The notes: generated by a model not told the origin, from the sequence alone. 64,000 bases of DNA from Betaproteobacteria bacterium (GCA_947479645.1 CANKAJ010000003.1:4127-68126), one strand, 5' to 3'. Positions 1 through 11,375 are shown, counted from the first letter of the stretch. Translations and numbers: made by a program.

Positions 1-479
1 TGCGGATCTGTGGTCGCCAGAATGAACATGATGTGCGCAGGCGGCTCCTCCAGCGTCTTCAACATGGCATTGAAGGCGTGATTGGAGAGCTGGTGAACTT
101 CATCGATCATGTAGACCTTGTAGCGGCCCGATGAAGGCGCATAAGCTGCGCGCTCAAGCAGACCCACCATTTCGTCCACGCCCCGATACGAGGCGGCGTC
201 CATCTCGATGTAGTCGACATAGCGTCCACTGTCGATTTCGGTGCAGGCCGCACACACACCACAAGGCTTGGCGGTGATGCCGGTAACACAATTAAGCGAC
301 TTGGCAAGGATACGGGCGATGGTGGTTTTACCCACGCCACGGGTGCCGGTAAACAGATAGGCATGATGCAGACGACCGGTTTCAAGGGCATGCGTCAGCG
401 CCTTGACGGCGTGCTCCTGCCCCACCAGGGTTTCGAAAGCCCGTGGGCGCCATTTACGGGCAAGAACCTGATAACTCAT
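1..479 (-). CDS. dnaX: DNA polymerase III subunit gamma/tau, N-terminal part (runs off window start)
   Basis: Manual translation from ATG at 479: MSYQVLARKWRPRAFETLVGQEH...HHAYLFTGTRGVGKTT (Walker A), followed by the Zn-binding Cys cluster; not in the ORF track because it is truncated. Confidence 0.97.
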   Translation of the reverse strand, partial: MSYQVLARKWRPRAFETLVGQEHAVKALTHALETGRLHHAYLFTGTRGVGKTTIARILAKSLNCVTGITAKPCGVCAACTEIDSGRYVDYIEMDAASYRGVDEMVGLLERAAYAPSSGRYKVYMIDEVHQLSNHAFNAMLKTLEEPPAHIMFILATTDP

Positions 480-580
480 GCCGCGATTTTAACACTCATA
501 CCCACCCCATCTCCCGCAATGGGCAGGAGATGGGGAAGGGATATCAGGTTTGCACCGCGCAGCGGCGCTGCTACGAATGG

Positions 581-679
581 GGTGGCGAGCCTTACCCCCG
601 GCACTTGCAGTGAGTAGCTGTGGCTGCTTCCTTCCGGACCTGACCAGATTAACTACGCCGCAATGCGGGGAGGCCCGCC
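581..679 (-). ncRNA. ffs: Signal recognition particle 4.5S RNA
   Basis: Minus strand contains the SRP core TCAGGTCCGGAAGGAAGCAGC in a long hairpin; directly upstream of dnaX as in many bacteria; ends approximate. Confidence 0.95.
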
Positions 680-759
680 ATGGACGATAGACAAGAAACA
701 CGATCAATTCCTGCCTGCCTTGATTTTATCAGGCTATCGATGCGGACAAACAGGCAACT

Positions 760-3228
760 TCAAGTTTTGGTCGTTTCGGTTTCAATGCTCAACGGCGTCA
801 TGGAATCAGGCAGCACGCGTCCCATGCGGGCACGATGGCCGACATGATGGGCCAGTTTCGCTCCCGAGAGCTGCACCACTTTGGGCTTGCCGCCCCGCGC
901 CGTGCCGTTGACCGTCAGCGCATTGCCGGAGAAAACCGCCACTGCGCAGAGTTTTTCGTGCGTCTCCAGGCCCATCACAATCACGCCGCGGCCACGTGTC
1001 ATGGCCTTCATCTCGGCAATATCGAATATCAGCAGCCTGCTGCGCTCCGCCGCCGCGGCGACACGCAAGCCGCTCTTTCCCTTGTCGGCATCGTCGTAGA
1101 CCGCCGGTGGCAACGGCGTTTCTCCTTCGCCCAGGCTCATGAATTCGCGTCCAGCCTTGCGGTTGGACACCATGTCGGCGATGGAGGTCAGAAAACCGTA
1201 GCCGCCAGTTGAGGCCACCAGCACTCGGGTCTCCGGTTTGCCACCCACGCAATACATGATCTTGCCGCCGCTCTGGACTTCGACCAAAGAGGATGAGGGT
1301 GCGCCATCACCGCGGCCCGGCGGCAGTTCGCCCGCCTGTACGGTATAAGCCCGCCCCATCGAGTCGAGGAAGATCACCGGATCGACAGTGCGGCACTTGA
1401 TCAGGACCAGCAAGCCGTCGCCTTCCTTGAACGACAGTGTCGAAGCCTCCACCTCCCAACCCTGACGCGAGCGGATCCAGCCGTTGCGGGAGAAAATGAC
1501 CGTCAATGGCTCATCAACCACCGGCGTTTCAACCACTGCTTTTTCCGACTCTTCGATGACGGTACGGCGCTTGTCGCCAAAGGTCTTGATATCGGCCTCA
1601 ATCTCGCTGATAACCAGATCTTCCAGCACCTTGCGGCTGGACAGGATCTTGTCCAGCTGCTTCTCTTCCGTGCGCAACTCAGCCAGTTCCTGCTCGACCT
1701 TGATGTGCTCGAGCTTGGCCAATTGGCGCAGACGTATTTCCAGAATGTCCTCGGCCTGGCGCTCGGTCAGCTTGAAGGCCTTGATCAGGTCGGCCTTGGG
1801 GTCGTCAGCGGCACGGATGATCCTGATGACCTTGTCCACGTTGAGCAGCACCAGCAGCCGGCCTTCGAGCACATGGATGCGATCGAGCACCTTCTCCAGA
1901 CGAAAGCGGGTGCGGCGGGTCACGGTGTTGAAGCGGAATTCCAGCCATTCCGTCAGCACATCCTTCAGGTTTTTTCCGGTGGGACGCCCATCCAGTCCGA
2001 CCATGACCAGGTTGATGGAAGAGTTTGTTTCCATGCTGGTCTTGGCCAGCAGCAGATTGACAAACTCATCGACTCCCTGGCGCGACGAGCGTGGCTCGAA
2101 CACCAGTCGCACCGGATGCGTACGATCGGATTCGTCGCGCGCCTTCTCCAGCATGGACAACAGCAACTGCTTCTCGCGCTGCTGCTCTACCGACAATGAC
2201 TTCTTGCCCGACTTGGGTTGCGGATTGGTGATGGCATCAATTTCCTCGAGCACCTTGCGCGAGGAGGTGCCGGGTGGCAACTCGTACACCACCATCTGCC
2301 ACTGCCCCCGCGCCAGTCGCTCGATGGTCCAGCGCGCACGCACCCGCACCGAACCACGGCCATTGGTATAGGCCTCGCGCATCTCGGCACGCGGCGTAAT
2401 GATCTGCCCGCCGCCGGGAAAATCCGGTCCCTTGATGGACTTCATGATTCCGGCCATGCTCAATTCCGGGTCACGGATGAGCGCAATGGCGGCGTTCGCC
2501 ACTTCAGTCAGGTTGTGGCTCGGGATTTCGGTAGCCATCCCCACTGCGATGCCCGATGCGCCATTCAGCAGGGCCACCGGCAGCCGCGCCGGCAACACCT
2601 GTGGCTCCTGCAGGCTGCCGTCGTAGTTCGGCGCAAAATCGACAGTCCCGCTGTCCAGTTCTGCCAGCAGCACATCGGCAAACTTGGTCAGGCGTGCTTC
2701 CGTGTAGCGCATGGCTGCAGGATCATCGCCGTCGCGCGAACCGAAATTGCCTTCACCATCGACCAGCGGGTAACGCAACGTGAAGTTCTGCGCAATGCGC
2801 ACCAGCGCGTCGTACACCGAGGCGTCTCCGTGCGGGTGGAATTTGCCGAGCACGTCACCAACAACGCGCGCCGACTTCTTGCGCGGCGTGCCTGCCTTGC
2901 CCCCCATTTCCCACATGGCGTACAGAATGCGCGACTGCACCGGCTTCTGACCATCGGCCACGCGCGGCAGGGCACGATCCTTGACTGTTGCAATGGCATA
3001 TTGCAGATACTGCGTCGATGCATAACGCCCCAGCGGCAACACATCGCCGTACTCACCGGAGATTGGAGCAAAGCGCGAGGGCGGCTCCGCGCCCCCTGCA
3101 CCGCCTGCGCCGCCTGCCGCAGCAGGCGTATCTGCCATGGCGGCGACTACTGCCGGCTCACCGCCAGCATCGGCTTGCTGCACCGGCGCTGCTGCCACAC
3201 CTTCAAAAAGATCGTTCTGATTGCCCAT
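760..3228 (-). CDS. parC: DNA topoisomerase IV subunit A
   Basis: [29 protein letters not shown], active-site [10 protein letters not shown]; downstream of parE. Confidence 0.96.
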   Translation of the reverse strand: MGNQNDLFEGVAAAPVQQADAGGEPAVVAAMADTPAAAGGAGGAGGAEPPSRFAPISGEYGDVLPLGRYASTQYLQYAIATVKDRALPRVADGQKPVQSRILYAMWEMGGKAGTPRKKSARVVGDVLGKFHPHGDASVYDALVRIAQNFTLRYPLVDGEGNFGSRDGDDPAAMRYTEARLTKFADVLLAELDSGTVDFAPNYDGSLQEPQVLPARLPVALLNGASGIAVGMATEIPSHNLTEVANAAIALIRDPELSMAGIMKSIKGPDFPGGGQIITPRAEMREAYTNGRGSVRVRARWTIERLARGQWQMVVYELPPGTSSRKVLEEIDAITNPQPKSGKKSLSVEQQREKQLLLSMLEKARDESDRTHPVRLVFEPRSSRQGVDEFVNLLLAKTSMETNSSINLVMVGLDGRPTGKNLKDVLTEWLEFRFNTVTRRTRFRLEKVLDRIHVLEGRLLVLLNVDKVIRIIRAADDPKADLIKAFKLTERQAEDILEIRLRQLAKLEHIKVEQELAELRTEEKQLDKILSSRKVLEDLVISEIEADIKTFGDKRRTVIEESEKAVVETPVVDEPLTVIFSRNGWIRSRQGWEVEASTLSFKEGDGLLVLIKCRTVDPVIFLDSMGRAYTVQAGELPPGRGDGAPSSSLVEVQSGGKIMYCVGGKPETRVLVASTGGYGFLTSIADMVSNRKAGREFMSLGEGETPLPPAVYDDADKGKSGLRVAAAAERSRLLIFDIAEMKAMTRGRGVIVMGLETHEKLCAVAVFSGNALTVNGTARGGKPKVVQLSGAKLAHHVGHRARMGRVLPDSMTPLSIETETTKT

Positions 3229-3308
3229 GAGTGCGGTTTTATTCTGATATCAATTGTTTTGAAAGTACTTATAAACAGTGCAGAAATCACCAAAAATGAA
3301 ATCAATCA

Positions 3309-5309
3309 TCAACTGATGTCGGCATCCACCAAATTACCGTAGGTCTCCATCCATTCGCGCCGTTGTGAGGCATTTTCCTTCGCCATCATCATCTCGAACA
3401 CGCCGGCATCGGTCTCCAGACCATCGGCTTCCACCTGCACCGGCAACATGCGACGCGTATCCGGATTCAGCGTGGTCTCCCAGAGTTGCTCGGGACTCAT
3501 CTCGCCCAGACCCTTGAAGCGACTCACGGTCCAGCTGTCATTCTTGACGCCTTCGTCGGCGAGTTTGGCCTCGATCGCGTCGAGTTCACCCTTGTCCAGT
3601 GCATAAAGCTTGCGCGCCGGCCGGCCCTTGCCGGCGCCGGGAACGTCAATGCGGAACAAGGGGGGCTGCGCCACATAAACGCGGCCGGCATCGATCAATT
3701 TGGGAAAGTGCTTGAAAAACAGCGTCAGCAACAACACCTGTATGTGCGAACCATCGACGTCAGCGTCGGCCAGAATCACGATCTTGTGATAACGCAAGCC
3801 GGACAGGTCGCCAGTACTGTCGGTGGCACCCTTGCGATGCGGATCCACGCCGATTGCCAGCGCAATCGCCTCGATTTCCTTGTTGGCATACAGGCTTTCG
3901 GGCTGATCCTGCCAGGTGTTCTTGGGCTTGCCTTTGAGCGGCAACACTGCCTGAAATTCCTTGTCGCGCGCCTGCTTGGCCGAACCGCCGGCCGAGTCGC
4001 CCTCAACGATGAACAATTCATTGCGCTCCGGGTCATCGGAGGCGCAATCGGTGAGTTTCCCCGGCAGCACCGCCACACCGGTGCTTTTGCGCCGCTCCAC
4101 CTTCTGCGCCGCGCGCGTGCGTGCCAGCGCCTGACGAATGCACAGCTCGGCGATGCGCTTGCCCTCGTCGACGTGTTGCGACAACCAAAGCTCGAAAGGA
4201 TCGCGAACCATCTGGCCGACCAACTTCACGGCATCGCGATAGATCAACTCGTTCTTCACCTGCCCCTTGAATTGCGGATCCAGCATCTTTACCGCCAGCA
4301 CATAGGAAACGCGCGACCACACATCCTCGGGCACGATCTTCAGCCCGCGCTGCCCCATTTCATGATGTTCGATGAAGTTGCGTATGGCCGCGTAAACCCC
4401 TTCGCGCAGGCCCGCGACGTGAGTGCCGCCCTGCCGGGTCGGAATCATGTTCACATAGGACTCGGCAACCACCTCGCCCTCGACGGTCCAGGCCAGCGCC
4501 CATAACGCGCCTTCGCCCTCGGAAAAGCTGTCGGACTCCGACTGCGCGCTGATATAGCGTTCGCCAAAGAAGGTGTCGGCCACCGTGCCAAGACCTTCAA
4601 TAGCTCCCTGGAAATAACCCTTGATCCCTTCCGGAAAATGCCAGGTCTGGGTTTCGATCCGCCCGGCTTTCTCTACACCCAGGGTGAAGCGAACTCCAGG
4701 CAACAACATCGCCTTGGCGCGCAACAGGGCGGCGATGTCCGATGTCACGATCTTCGCTGAATCAAAATATTTGGGATCGGGCCAGAACCGGATGGTGGTG
4801 CCGGTCTCGCGCGCCGCGACCGCCTTGACCTTCCTGAGCGCTTCCTTGACCTGACCGTTATTGTGGAACACCAGGCGATGCAATCCGCCTTCGCGCTTCA
4901 CCTCCACTTCCAGGCGGGTGGACAAGGCGTTGGGCACGCATACCCCCACACCGTGCAACCCACCGGCAATCCGATAGACCGACTCCTTGTCCGTCTTGCG
5001 GAACTTTCCGCCCGAATGCAGCGTGGTGAAGATCACCTGCACTGCGGGAATCTTCTTCTTTGGATGAATATCGACAGGAATGCCGCGACCATCGTCTTCC
5101 ACCGAAGCCGACCCATCTTCGTAAAGAATAACGGCCACATTCTTGGCAAACCCCGCCAGCCCCTCGTCCGACGCGTTATCGATGACTTCAACCAGCGCGT
5201 GGTTTGGATTGATCGGATCGGTGTACATGCCGGGCCGGTGCAGGATCGGCGACAGGTCTTCGAGGATTTCAATATCCTCTGCGTTGTAACCCCTAGATTT
5301 TGTTGCCAT
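3309..5309 (-). CDS. parE: DNA topoisomerase IV subunit B
   Basis: HRPGMY, EVIDNA, DDGRGIP, GGLHGVG, TOPRIM EGDSAGG and DADVDG, RFKGLGEM; start moved to ATG 5309 (MATKSRGY). Confidence 0.96.
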   Translation of the reverse strand: MATKSRGYNAEDIEILEDLSPILHRPGMYTDPINPNHALVEVIDNASDEGLAGFAKNVAVILYEDGSASVEDDGRGIPVDIHPKKKIPAVQVIFTTLHSGGKFRKTDKESVYRIAGGLHGVGVCVPNALSTRLEVEVKREGGLHRLVFHNNGQVKEALRKVKAVAARETGTTIRFWPDPKYFDSAKIVTSDIAALLRAKAMLLPGVRFTLGVEKAGRIETQTWHFPEGIKGYFQGAIEGLGTVADTFFGERYISAQSESDSFSEGEGALWALAWTVEGEVVAESYVNMIPTRQGGTHVAGLREGVYAAIRNFIEHHEMGQRGLKIVPEDVWSRVSYVLAVKMLDPQFKGQVKNELIYRDAVKLVGQMVRDPFELWLSQHVDEGKRIAELCIRQALARTRAAQKVERRKSTGVAVLPGKLTDCASDDPERNELFIVEGDSAGGSAKQARDKEFQAVLPLKGKPKNTWQDQPESLYANKEIEAIALAIGVDPHRKGATDSTGDLSGLRYHKIVILADADVDGSHIQVLLLTLFFKHFPKLIDAGRVYVAQPPLFRIDVPGAGKGRPARKLYALDKGELDAIEAKLADEGVKNDSWTVSRFKGLGEMSPEQLWETTLNPDTRRMLPVQVEADGLETDAGVFEMMMAKENASQRREWMETYGNLVDADIS

Positions 5310-5454
5310 TCTGAGTATTACCCCTAGTAATGGGGGCCCTGAAAAGATGCGCCATGATACCCGCGAAAGAGCGCAAATCCCAGTGCAGGCTGGATTCGAG
5401 CGTAACGGATTGATTTGAAACGGGGCGGCCAGTGGCACCCCTTCCGGCACTGAC

Positions 5455-5793
5455 CTAGCGCGTGGCGCGTTTGGCCATCAGCGCGGCGTCCTCAACCACT
5501 TTCAATGGATTCCCGCCCCAGAGCATGGCCGCATAGAACGGATCCTCAAGCTTGGCGGTTACCACTGCACGCCACTGATACTGATTGAGAACCAGCATGG
5601 AACCGGTCATACCCATGTCGCCGATGATGCTGAATGAGGCCTGCAGCACTTCCCTGATTGGCTGATGATCCCATTTCACCGGCTCCACCGAAGCGATGGA
5701 ACGGGGAGCCTCGCCGGGATACGCCGAAAACGAGCCAATACAACCGTCAATTGTCTTGAACGAACAGGCAAGTCGATTGCCGCGAGGTGTCAT
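5455..5793 (-). CDS. Hypothetical protein (112 aa)
   Basis: ATG-started ORF with protein-like composition filling the gap upstream of parE; no motif recognised. Confidence 0.6.
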   Translation of the reverse strand: MTPRGNRLACSFKTIDGCIGSFSAYPGEAPRSIASVEPVKWDHQPIREVLQASFSIIGDMGMTGSMLVLNQYQWRAVVTAKLEDPFYAAMLWGGNPLKVVEDAALMAKRATR

Positions 5794-5954
5794 GATCTTG
5801 TCCGCATCATTGAACTTTGTATTTACGCCTTCTCACCACAACAGCGCCGCGTCCGCCTATGGACAAGCACCAAAAATGCGTCTAGCGTTAAACGGCGTTA
5901 CCACCGAGCTCACTCATACAACTATAACTCAAATAACTTTCAAGCCTGAGGAGG

Positions 5955-6968
5955 ATGATCATGCGGAACTTCAAAATCGTCGCCACTTACCTCTTGATAA
6001 CACTGTCTTTGGCATGCTCTGCGCCGGCAAATGCCCAGAAGCCGAGCGGTCTCCCGAACAATTATCCAGCCAAACCGGTCAAGGTCATTATTGGCGCATC
6101 CGCCGGCGGCGGCACCGACATCCTGGGGCGCCTGGTATTCAAGCACTTGGGCGATGCCTGGAAACACACGTTCATCGTGGAAAACAAGGTTTCCGTCATG
6201 GGCAGCGCCCTGGCGCTGGATGATGTGGCGAAATCGCTGGCCGATGGTTACACCATGAACGTCGTTTCAGGCAGCACCTATGTTGGCGCAGCGGTTGTGC
6301 ACATGATCCCCAAGAACCTGCTGCAGGCGCTGGATCCGATCGCCCAGTTCACCACGCAGGCCTTTGTTCTCGCCGCCACCAAGTCGCTACCCGCGAATAC
6401 CGTACCGGAACTGGTGGCCTACGCCAGGAACAATCCGGGCAAACTCAACTACGCGTCATCCGGGCTCGGAGGCAGCGCTTTTCTTGCCGCGGAGTATTTG
6501 AAGCACGAATTTGGCGGCCTGGATATTGCCCATATACCCTACAAGGGCATCGGCCCGGCCTACATCGATCTGATCGCCGGGCGCACCCACATCGCCTTCG
6601 GCACAACGGTGTCGGCCGTACCCCATGCCCAGAAAGGCACGCTCAAGCTGCTGGCAGTCACCAGCCCCAGGCGCCTGCCCAACCTGCCTGACGTTCCGAC
6701 CATGACAGAGTACCGACCCGACTTTGAATACATGTCGTTTTTCGGCGTGGTCGGCCCCGCGGGGATACCCAAATCCGTGGTGGCCGCATTGAACAGGCAG
6801 ATCAACGATATCCTGGCCCTGCCCGAAGTTCAACGCCCATTGGAGGCCGATGGCTCAATGATCGTGCGCACCACGCCGGAGAATTTTCAGAAAGAACTGG
6901 TGCGCTTCGTCAACCAGGCCGAGAAACTGGTGCGTGAAGCCAATTTGAACTTGAAACCTGCCAGCTAG
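5955..6968 (+). CDS. Tripartite tricarboxylate transporter substrate-binding protein (Bug/TctC family)
   Basis: Signal peptide, YPAKPVKVII..AGGGTD, LNYASSG, HIPYKG motifs; GAGGAGG RBS. Confidence 0.92.
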   Translation: MIMRNFKIVATYLLITLSLACSAPANAQKPSGLPNNYPAKPVKVIIGASAGGGTDILGRLVFKHLGDAWKHTFIVENKVSVMGSALALDDVAKSLADGYTMNVVSGSTYVGAAVVHMIPKNLLQALDPIAQFTTQAFVLAATKSLPANTVPELVAYARNNPGKLNYASSGLGGSAFLAAEYLKHEFGGLDIAHIPYKGIGPAYIDLIAGRTHIAFGTTVSAVPHAQKGTLKLLAVTSPRRLPNLPDVPTMTEYRPDFEYMSFFGVVGPAGIPKSVVAALNRQINDILALPEVQRPLEADGSMIVRTTPENFQKELVRFVNQAEKLVREANLNLKPAS

Positions 6969-7177
6969 TCCCAATTGCGACCATCATCCTCTGCGAGGCG
7001 GCGCGCAACCTTGGGCTTGCCGAATCGCTGGTTCCGGCGCCAGCACCCCATGCAGTAAGAGTGGCACACAGCGTGCGCACAAATGCTCATCGTGGCATCA
7101 TACGGCCGTAATTTTTACGGCTGCGAGACGGCCTGCTCGGCTGCCTGCAAATAACATCAAAAACCCGGAGGGAAGTA

Positions 7178-8107
7178 ATGAAGATTCTATTTTTCGATGA
7201 TTACAAGCTCGGCGTAGTCAAGGGAGACAATGTCGTCGACGTAACCCAGGCAGTCAGCGATATCCCGCGCCTGGGCCCCCACGATCTCATCAATGGCCTG
7301 ATCGAAAAATTTTCCGATTACCGCACGAAACTGGAGGCAGCCGCAGCCGCTGGCACTGGTGTTCCGCTATCGAGCGTCAAGATTCGCCCGCCACTGCCCA
7401 GGCCCATCAATATTGACTGCATGGCCGTCAACTACATGGAAGATGGCACCAAGTCGGAACCCTCGCCAATCAACGCGTTTCACAAATCACCCAGTTCCAT
7501 CATCGGCGACGGCGATACCATGGTGTTCACGGACATCCCGGCCATCAGCTTTGAAGGTGAGGCGGAAATCGCCGTCGTGATTGGCAAGCGCGCCAGCAAT
7601 GTCAAGGCCGCTCAGGCCATGGACTATATTTTTGGCTACGTCAATTTCATTGATGGTTCGGCACGCGGGCTTCTGCCCTCCAACAATACCTTCTTTCAAA
7701 TGAAGTCACGCGAGACTTTCGGCCCCATCGGCCCTTATCTGGTGACTGCCGATGAAATTTCCGATCCTCACAACTTGCAAGTACGACTGTGGGTCAATGG
7801 CGGCCTGAAGCAGAACTACAACACCAGTGACATGGCCCACAATATTCCCAAGTGCATCGAATGGGTGACCTCAATTCACACCCTGCATCCGGGAGATATT
7901 CTGGCCATGGGCACCAACCATCGCGGTCTCAGCAGCTTCCACGATGGCGACAAGATCGAACTGGAGGTGGACGGACTGGGGCGCCTGCACGTCAATTGCC
8001 GTGATGAACTCAAGCGCACCTGGGCCAGGGAAACCCGGCTTGAACGCGCCCAGAAGGGATTGCCAGGCCCAAGCCAGCAATTGACTGGCAAATACGCAAA
8101 GACATAA
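7178..8107 (+). CDS. Fumarylacetoacetate (FAH) hydrolase family protein
   Basis: FEGEAEIAVVIG, FIDGSAR, KSRETFGPIGP, TLHPGDILAMGT. Confidence 0.9.
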   Translation: MKILFFDDYKLGVVKGDNVVDVTQAVSDIPRLGPHDLINGLIEKFSDYRTKLEAAAAAGTGVPLSSVKIRPPLPRPINIDCMAVNYMEDGTKSEPSPINAFHKSPSSIIGDGDTMVFTDIPAISFEGEAEIAVVIGKRASNVKAAQAMDYIFGYVNFIDGSARGLLPSNNTFFQMKSRETFGPIGPYLVTADEISDPHNLQVRLWVNGGLKQNYNTSDMAHNIPKCIEWVTSIHTLHPGDILAMGTNHRGLSSFHDGDKIELEVDGLGRLHVNCRDELKRTWARETRLERAQKGLPGPSQQLTGKYAKT

Positions 8108-8256
8108 GTAAACACTGAACAAGTCTGAACACTGGAGAAAGCGTGCACAGTGTTTACTCTTAAGCGGGGGATAGACAAGGGGGCGTCACCCCCTTGTTCA
8201 GTAATTCCGTAACGTTTATCACGATTGAAAGGATTGCCCCTCAATCGGCCTGAACA

Positions 8257-8292
8257 AACGTGCCATTTCAGATGATGCTGAAATGGCACGTT
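8257..8292. terminator. Bidirectional terminator-like hairpin between convergent genes
   Basis: Perfect 15-bp inverted repeat AACGTGCCATTTCAG-6nt-CTGAAATGGCACGTT. Confidence 0.65.
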
Positions 8293-8363
8293 GCTTTTAG
8301 CACGTCTGATTACCGCTTCAATCGGCTGGCGATTTCCGTCAGCGCTGCTGTGCGGCGAGAACC

Positions 8364-9869
8364 TCAGGCCGCCTTCGCACTTGATGGCGTTACCGAAAGC
8401 CTGTCCAGTTCGGACTTCACCTGTGCTTCGACGACACTGCCCTTGAAGAAGTCCGGATTCATCCCGCCATGCAGTTTTACAATGTTCGAAAAAGTGAATT
8501 CGCGGAAGTCCTGATCGGTCAGATGTCCCTTCTCCAGCGACTCGAACACCTCCGGCACGACCTCATCAATGTGATGCACATCCCAGTGCCCGATGTCTGA
8601 ACTGAATATTGCCTTGAGCCTTACCTTCATCCTGGGATCGAACGCAAACATGGTCGTAGGGTCATCCGCCTCGCAGCCGAAGTAGAAATTACGGCTGTAC
8701 AACTCGGCAATTTCCCGTTTGCTGCTGATCGGGCCGAGGTGACTGAAGTCATCGTAATGCTCTTTCTCCCTCTCGCTCAGATAGACCGGATCGGCGCCAT
8801 GCTTGTTCCACTCAATGCTGTTGAAAATATCGTCAATTCTTTCTTTCATGCGCGGCCCGCCGTATTGCTCGATCAACTTGCGCAATTCGGGCAGATCCAG
8901 ATTGGATGGGCGCAGATTCTTTTGCATCGCCGCCCAATTGCGCTTTTCCCAATGACCTTGCAAATCACAGCACAATGACGTTCCCCAACCCATCCCGCCC
9001 TCAAGAAATGCGAAATTCAAGGTCGGGAAGCGCTTGACGACGCCCCCCAGAAAGACCGCCTTGGCAAAGGTATGGTTGCCATTGGCAAAGTGGTCAATGT
9101 GATTGTAGACATCGTTGCTCCACGACATGCGATCCGGCCAGTCGCGACTGCCGCCATGCGCCGTCACTGCAATATTCAGGTCAACGAAGGTCTGCCACAG
9201 CGGATCGTAGTCATACTGATTATCAAGGCCCAGTGCTTCAATGTAGTACGGTGCCAGCACCTTCTTGTAATACGACGAAGCCTCCTGCGCGGCCTGATCG
9301 CTGGCGGAAGGGATGGTTCTCGGAAAGGCCCCAACGAGCATGATGGCTTTTATGCCCATCTCCTGCTTCAGGAATTTGGCCTCGGCGATCGCCTCCTCCG
9401 GCGTAATCGGCGCGATGACGCCAACCGGAGCAAAACGATCCTCGTAGCCGGCAAAATAATCGCGGGTCATGATGTTGTACGCCCGCACCACGGCCTTGCG
9501 CAGGTCTTCGCCCGGTGTGCGATGGATGTTCAAGCCGATGGACGGATACATCAAGGCAAAATCAATGCCCAGTTCATCCATGCGCTCTCTGAGCAGACTC
9601 GGCATCATGATCGTGGCGCGGTCACGCGTGTTGCTCGGACTGAGCCACCAGGCGGCGCGCCGCATCCGTTGGTGCTTGCGCTGATCATCGGTGGCCTCAT
9701 ACCAGTTGCGATGCCCCTCGGAAAACTTGGCATACCGTTCCGCCATCTTGGGGCCCGCCACCGATCGCACATAATCAATCAGTACCGGCATCGACTCTAC
9801 CCAATGCCCATCACCATCGATAATGGGATGCTTTATCTGTTGACGAATCTTTTGCGCTTCGGTTGCCAT
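8364..9869 (-). CDS. Amidohydrolase superfamily protein (Amidohydro_2-like)
   Basis: IIDGDGHWVE N-terminal metal motif, FAFLEGG, FSSDIGHWD; start at ATG 9869 with GGAGGAG RBS. Confidence 0.85.
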   Translation of the reverse strand: MATEAQKIRQQIKHPIIDGDGHWVESMPVLIDYVRSVAGPKMAERYAKFSEGHRNWYEATDDQRKHQRMRRAAWWLSPSNTRDRATIMMPSLLRERMDELGIDFALMYPSIGLNIHRTPGEDLRKAVVRAYNIMTRDYFAGYEDRFAPVGVIAPITPEEAIAEAKFLKQEMGIKAIMLVGAFPRTIPSASDQAAQEASSYYKKVLAPYYIEALGLDNQYDYDPLWQTFVDLNIAVTAHGGSRDWPDRMSWSNDVYNHIDHFANGNHTFAKAVFLGGVVKRFPTLNFAFLEGGMGWGTSLCCDLQGHWEKRNWAAMQKNLRPSNLDLPELRKLIEQYGGPRMKERIDDIFNSIEWNKHGADPVYLSEREKEHYDDFSHLGPISSKREIAELYSRNFYFGCEADDPTTMFAFDPRMKVRLKAIFSSDIGHWDVHHIDEVVPEVFESLEKGHLTDQDFREFTFSNIVKLHGGMNPDFFKGSVVEAQVKSELDRLSVTPSSAKAA

Positions 9870-10142
9870 TGCCACTCCTCCGGAATTGTTCTGCGAATTA
9901 TTGTATTTGGCTGCCGACATCTTCAATACGGCAGAATTTGCTTATTGCCAATGCTCGTCCAGGTTGCGCGCTCCCTTGCCATCGGACACAAATATCCGGA
10001 AATTGCTGTACTTTCTGGAAAATTGATGACGACCGGCACGGCTGGAAATCATGACCCCATGGGACGGACAACGTGCAGTCATGCGCCGCAAATATTAACC
10101 GAGCGGTGAATGACTGACAACGATTGACTCGATTCCACCTCC

Positions 10143-11375
10143 CTATACAACCCCTCTTGTTTTGAGCGATGCAATACGCTCAGCATCCATTCCAAGAATA
10201 CCGGCCAATACTTCCTCGGTATGCTGCCCGAGCAACGGTGGCGGTAGTTGGTAAGTGACAGGCGTGCGGGAAAAACGGATGGGATTGGCCAGCACGCGCA
10301 AGTCGGCCGCCAGCGGGTGCGGCAGTTCGACGGTAACACCGCGCTGAACCGCATGCGGTTCAGCAAATGCCTGTTCAAAATCATTGACCGGTGATGCCGG
10401 CACACTGGCGCCCTTGCACAGGGACAATACCTCGCCCGAATCGCGCGATGCCACCAGTGCCTGCAGCGCCGGTTGCAATTCGCGGATATTCTTCCTGCGC
10501 TCGCTCGCAATCCGGTAACGCGCATCTTCGGCCAGTTGCGGCGCACCGAGCGCTCCACAAAACCGCCTGAAGTGCTCGTCGGTATTGCAGGTAACGATAA
10601 TGGCCCGGTCGGCGCAATCCAGCAGCGTGCTCAACCATGCGTTGGTCAGGTGCATATTGCCCTGCCGTGGCTCAACCTTGCGCGTCACCAGATAATCCTG
10701 CGCTTTCAGCGCCATTGAGGCCATGGCAACGTCGAGCAGCGCCAGATCGATATGCTGACCCAGCCCCGATCGGGTTCGCTCCTGCAAGGCGACGACCACG
10801 GCCATGGCCGCATACAGCCCCGACATGAAATCGGCGACCTGATAGCCCACCTTCATCGGCCCCGCTCCCGGTTCGCCATCAGGTATGCCGGTAATGCCCA
10901 TGATACCGCTCTGGGCCTGAAACACTGCGTCATATCCGGGTTGCCTCGACTGAGGCCCGGTCTGTCCAAATCCGGTCAGAGAACAATAGATGAGCCGAGG
11001 GTTATCCGCCTTGAGACTTTCATAATCCAGCCCGTATTGGGCCAGCGTTCCAGGAATGAAGTTCTCCAGAAAAATATCGGACTTCGCCACAAGGCTGCGC
11101 ACGATTTCCTGGCCTTCCTTCATGGAAAAATCGACGGTCACCGATTTTTTGTTGCGGTTGGCCGCCATATAGCCTGCTCGGTTTGAGTCGCGATCCGGCC
11201 CCGGCTCGCCAGGAAGATAGGCACCGCTTGCGCGAGATTGATCGCCCTCTCCAGTCCTCTCGATCTTGATGACCTCGGCACCGAAATCCCCCAGAGCCTG
11301 CCCGGCCAGCGGAAGTGCCAGCACACGCGCGAGTTCCACTACGCGCACACCTTCCAGGCATGTTGTGCTCGACAT
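10143..11375 (-). CDS. Family III (CaiB/BaiF) CoA transferase
   Basis: GAEVIKIE, NRNKKSV, ENF.PG, catalytic Asp in VADFMSG, PPLLGQHT; start MSSTTC at 11375. Confidence 0.92.
   Translation of the reverse strand: MSSTTCLEGVRVVELARVLALPLAGQALGDFGAEVIKIERTGEGDQSRASGAYLPGEPGPDRDSNRAGYMAANRNKKSVTVDFSMKEGQEIVRSLVAKSDIFLENFIPGTLAQYGLDYESLKADNPRLIYCSLTGFGQTGPQSRQPGYDAVFQAQSGIMGITGIPDGEPGAGPMKVGYQVADFMSGLYAAMAVVVALQERTRSGLGQHIDLALLDVAMASMALKAQDYLVTRKVEPRQGNMHLTNAWLSTLLDCADRAIIVTCNTDEHFRRFCGALGAPQLAEDARYRIASERRKNIRELQPALQALVASRDSGEVLSLCKGASVPASPVNDFEQAFAEPHAVQRGVTVELPHPLAADLRVLANPIRFSRTPVTYQLPPPLLGQHTEEVLAGILGMDAERIASLKTRGVV

Noticed and set aside
5310-5450. N-terminal extensions in the ORF track (parE, 10143 CoA transferase, 20817 Bug, 31354 kinase, 37441 sensor and others)
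   Set aside because: Longest-ORF artefacts; downstream starts fit family N-termini and RBS or overlap patterns better
5955-6968. Orphan Bug/TctC proteins without TctAB as a novelty
   Set aside because: Well-known expansion in Betaproteobacteria
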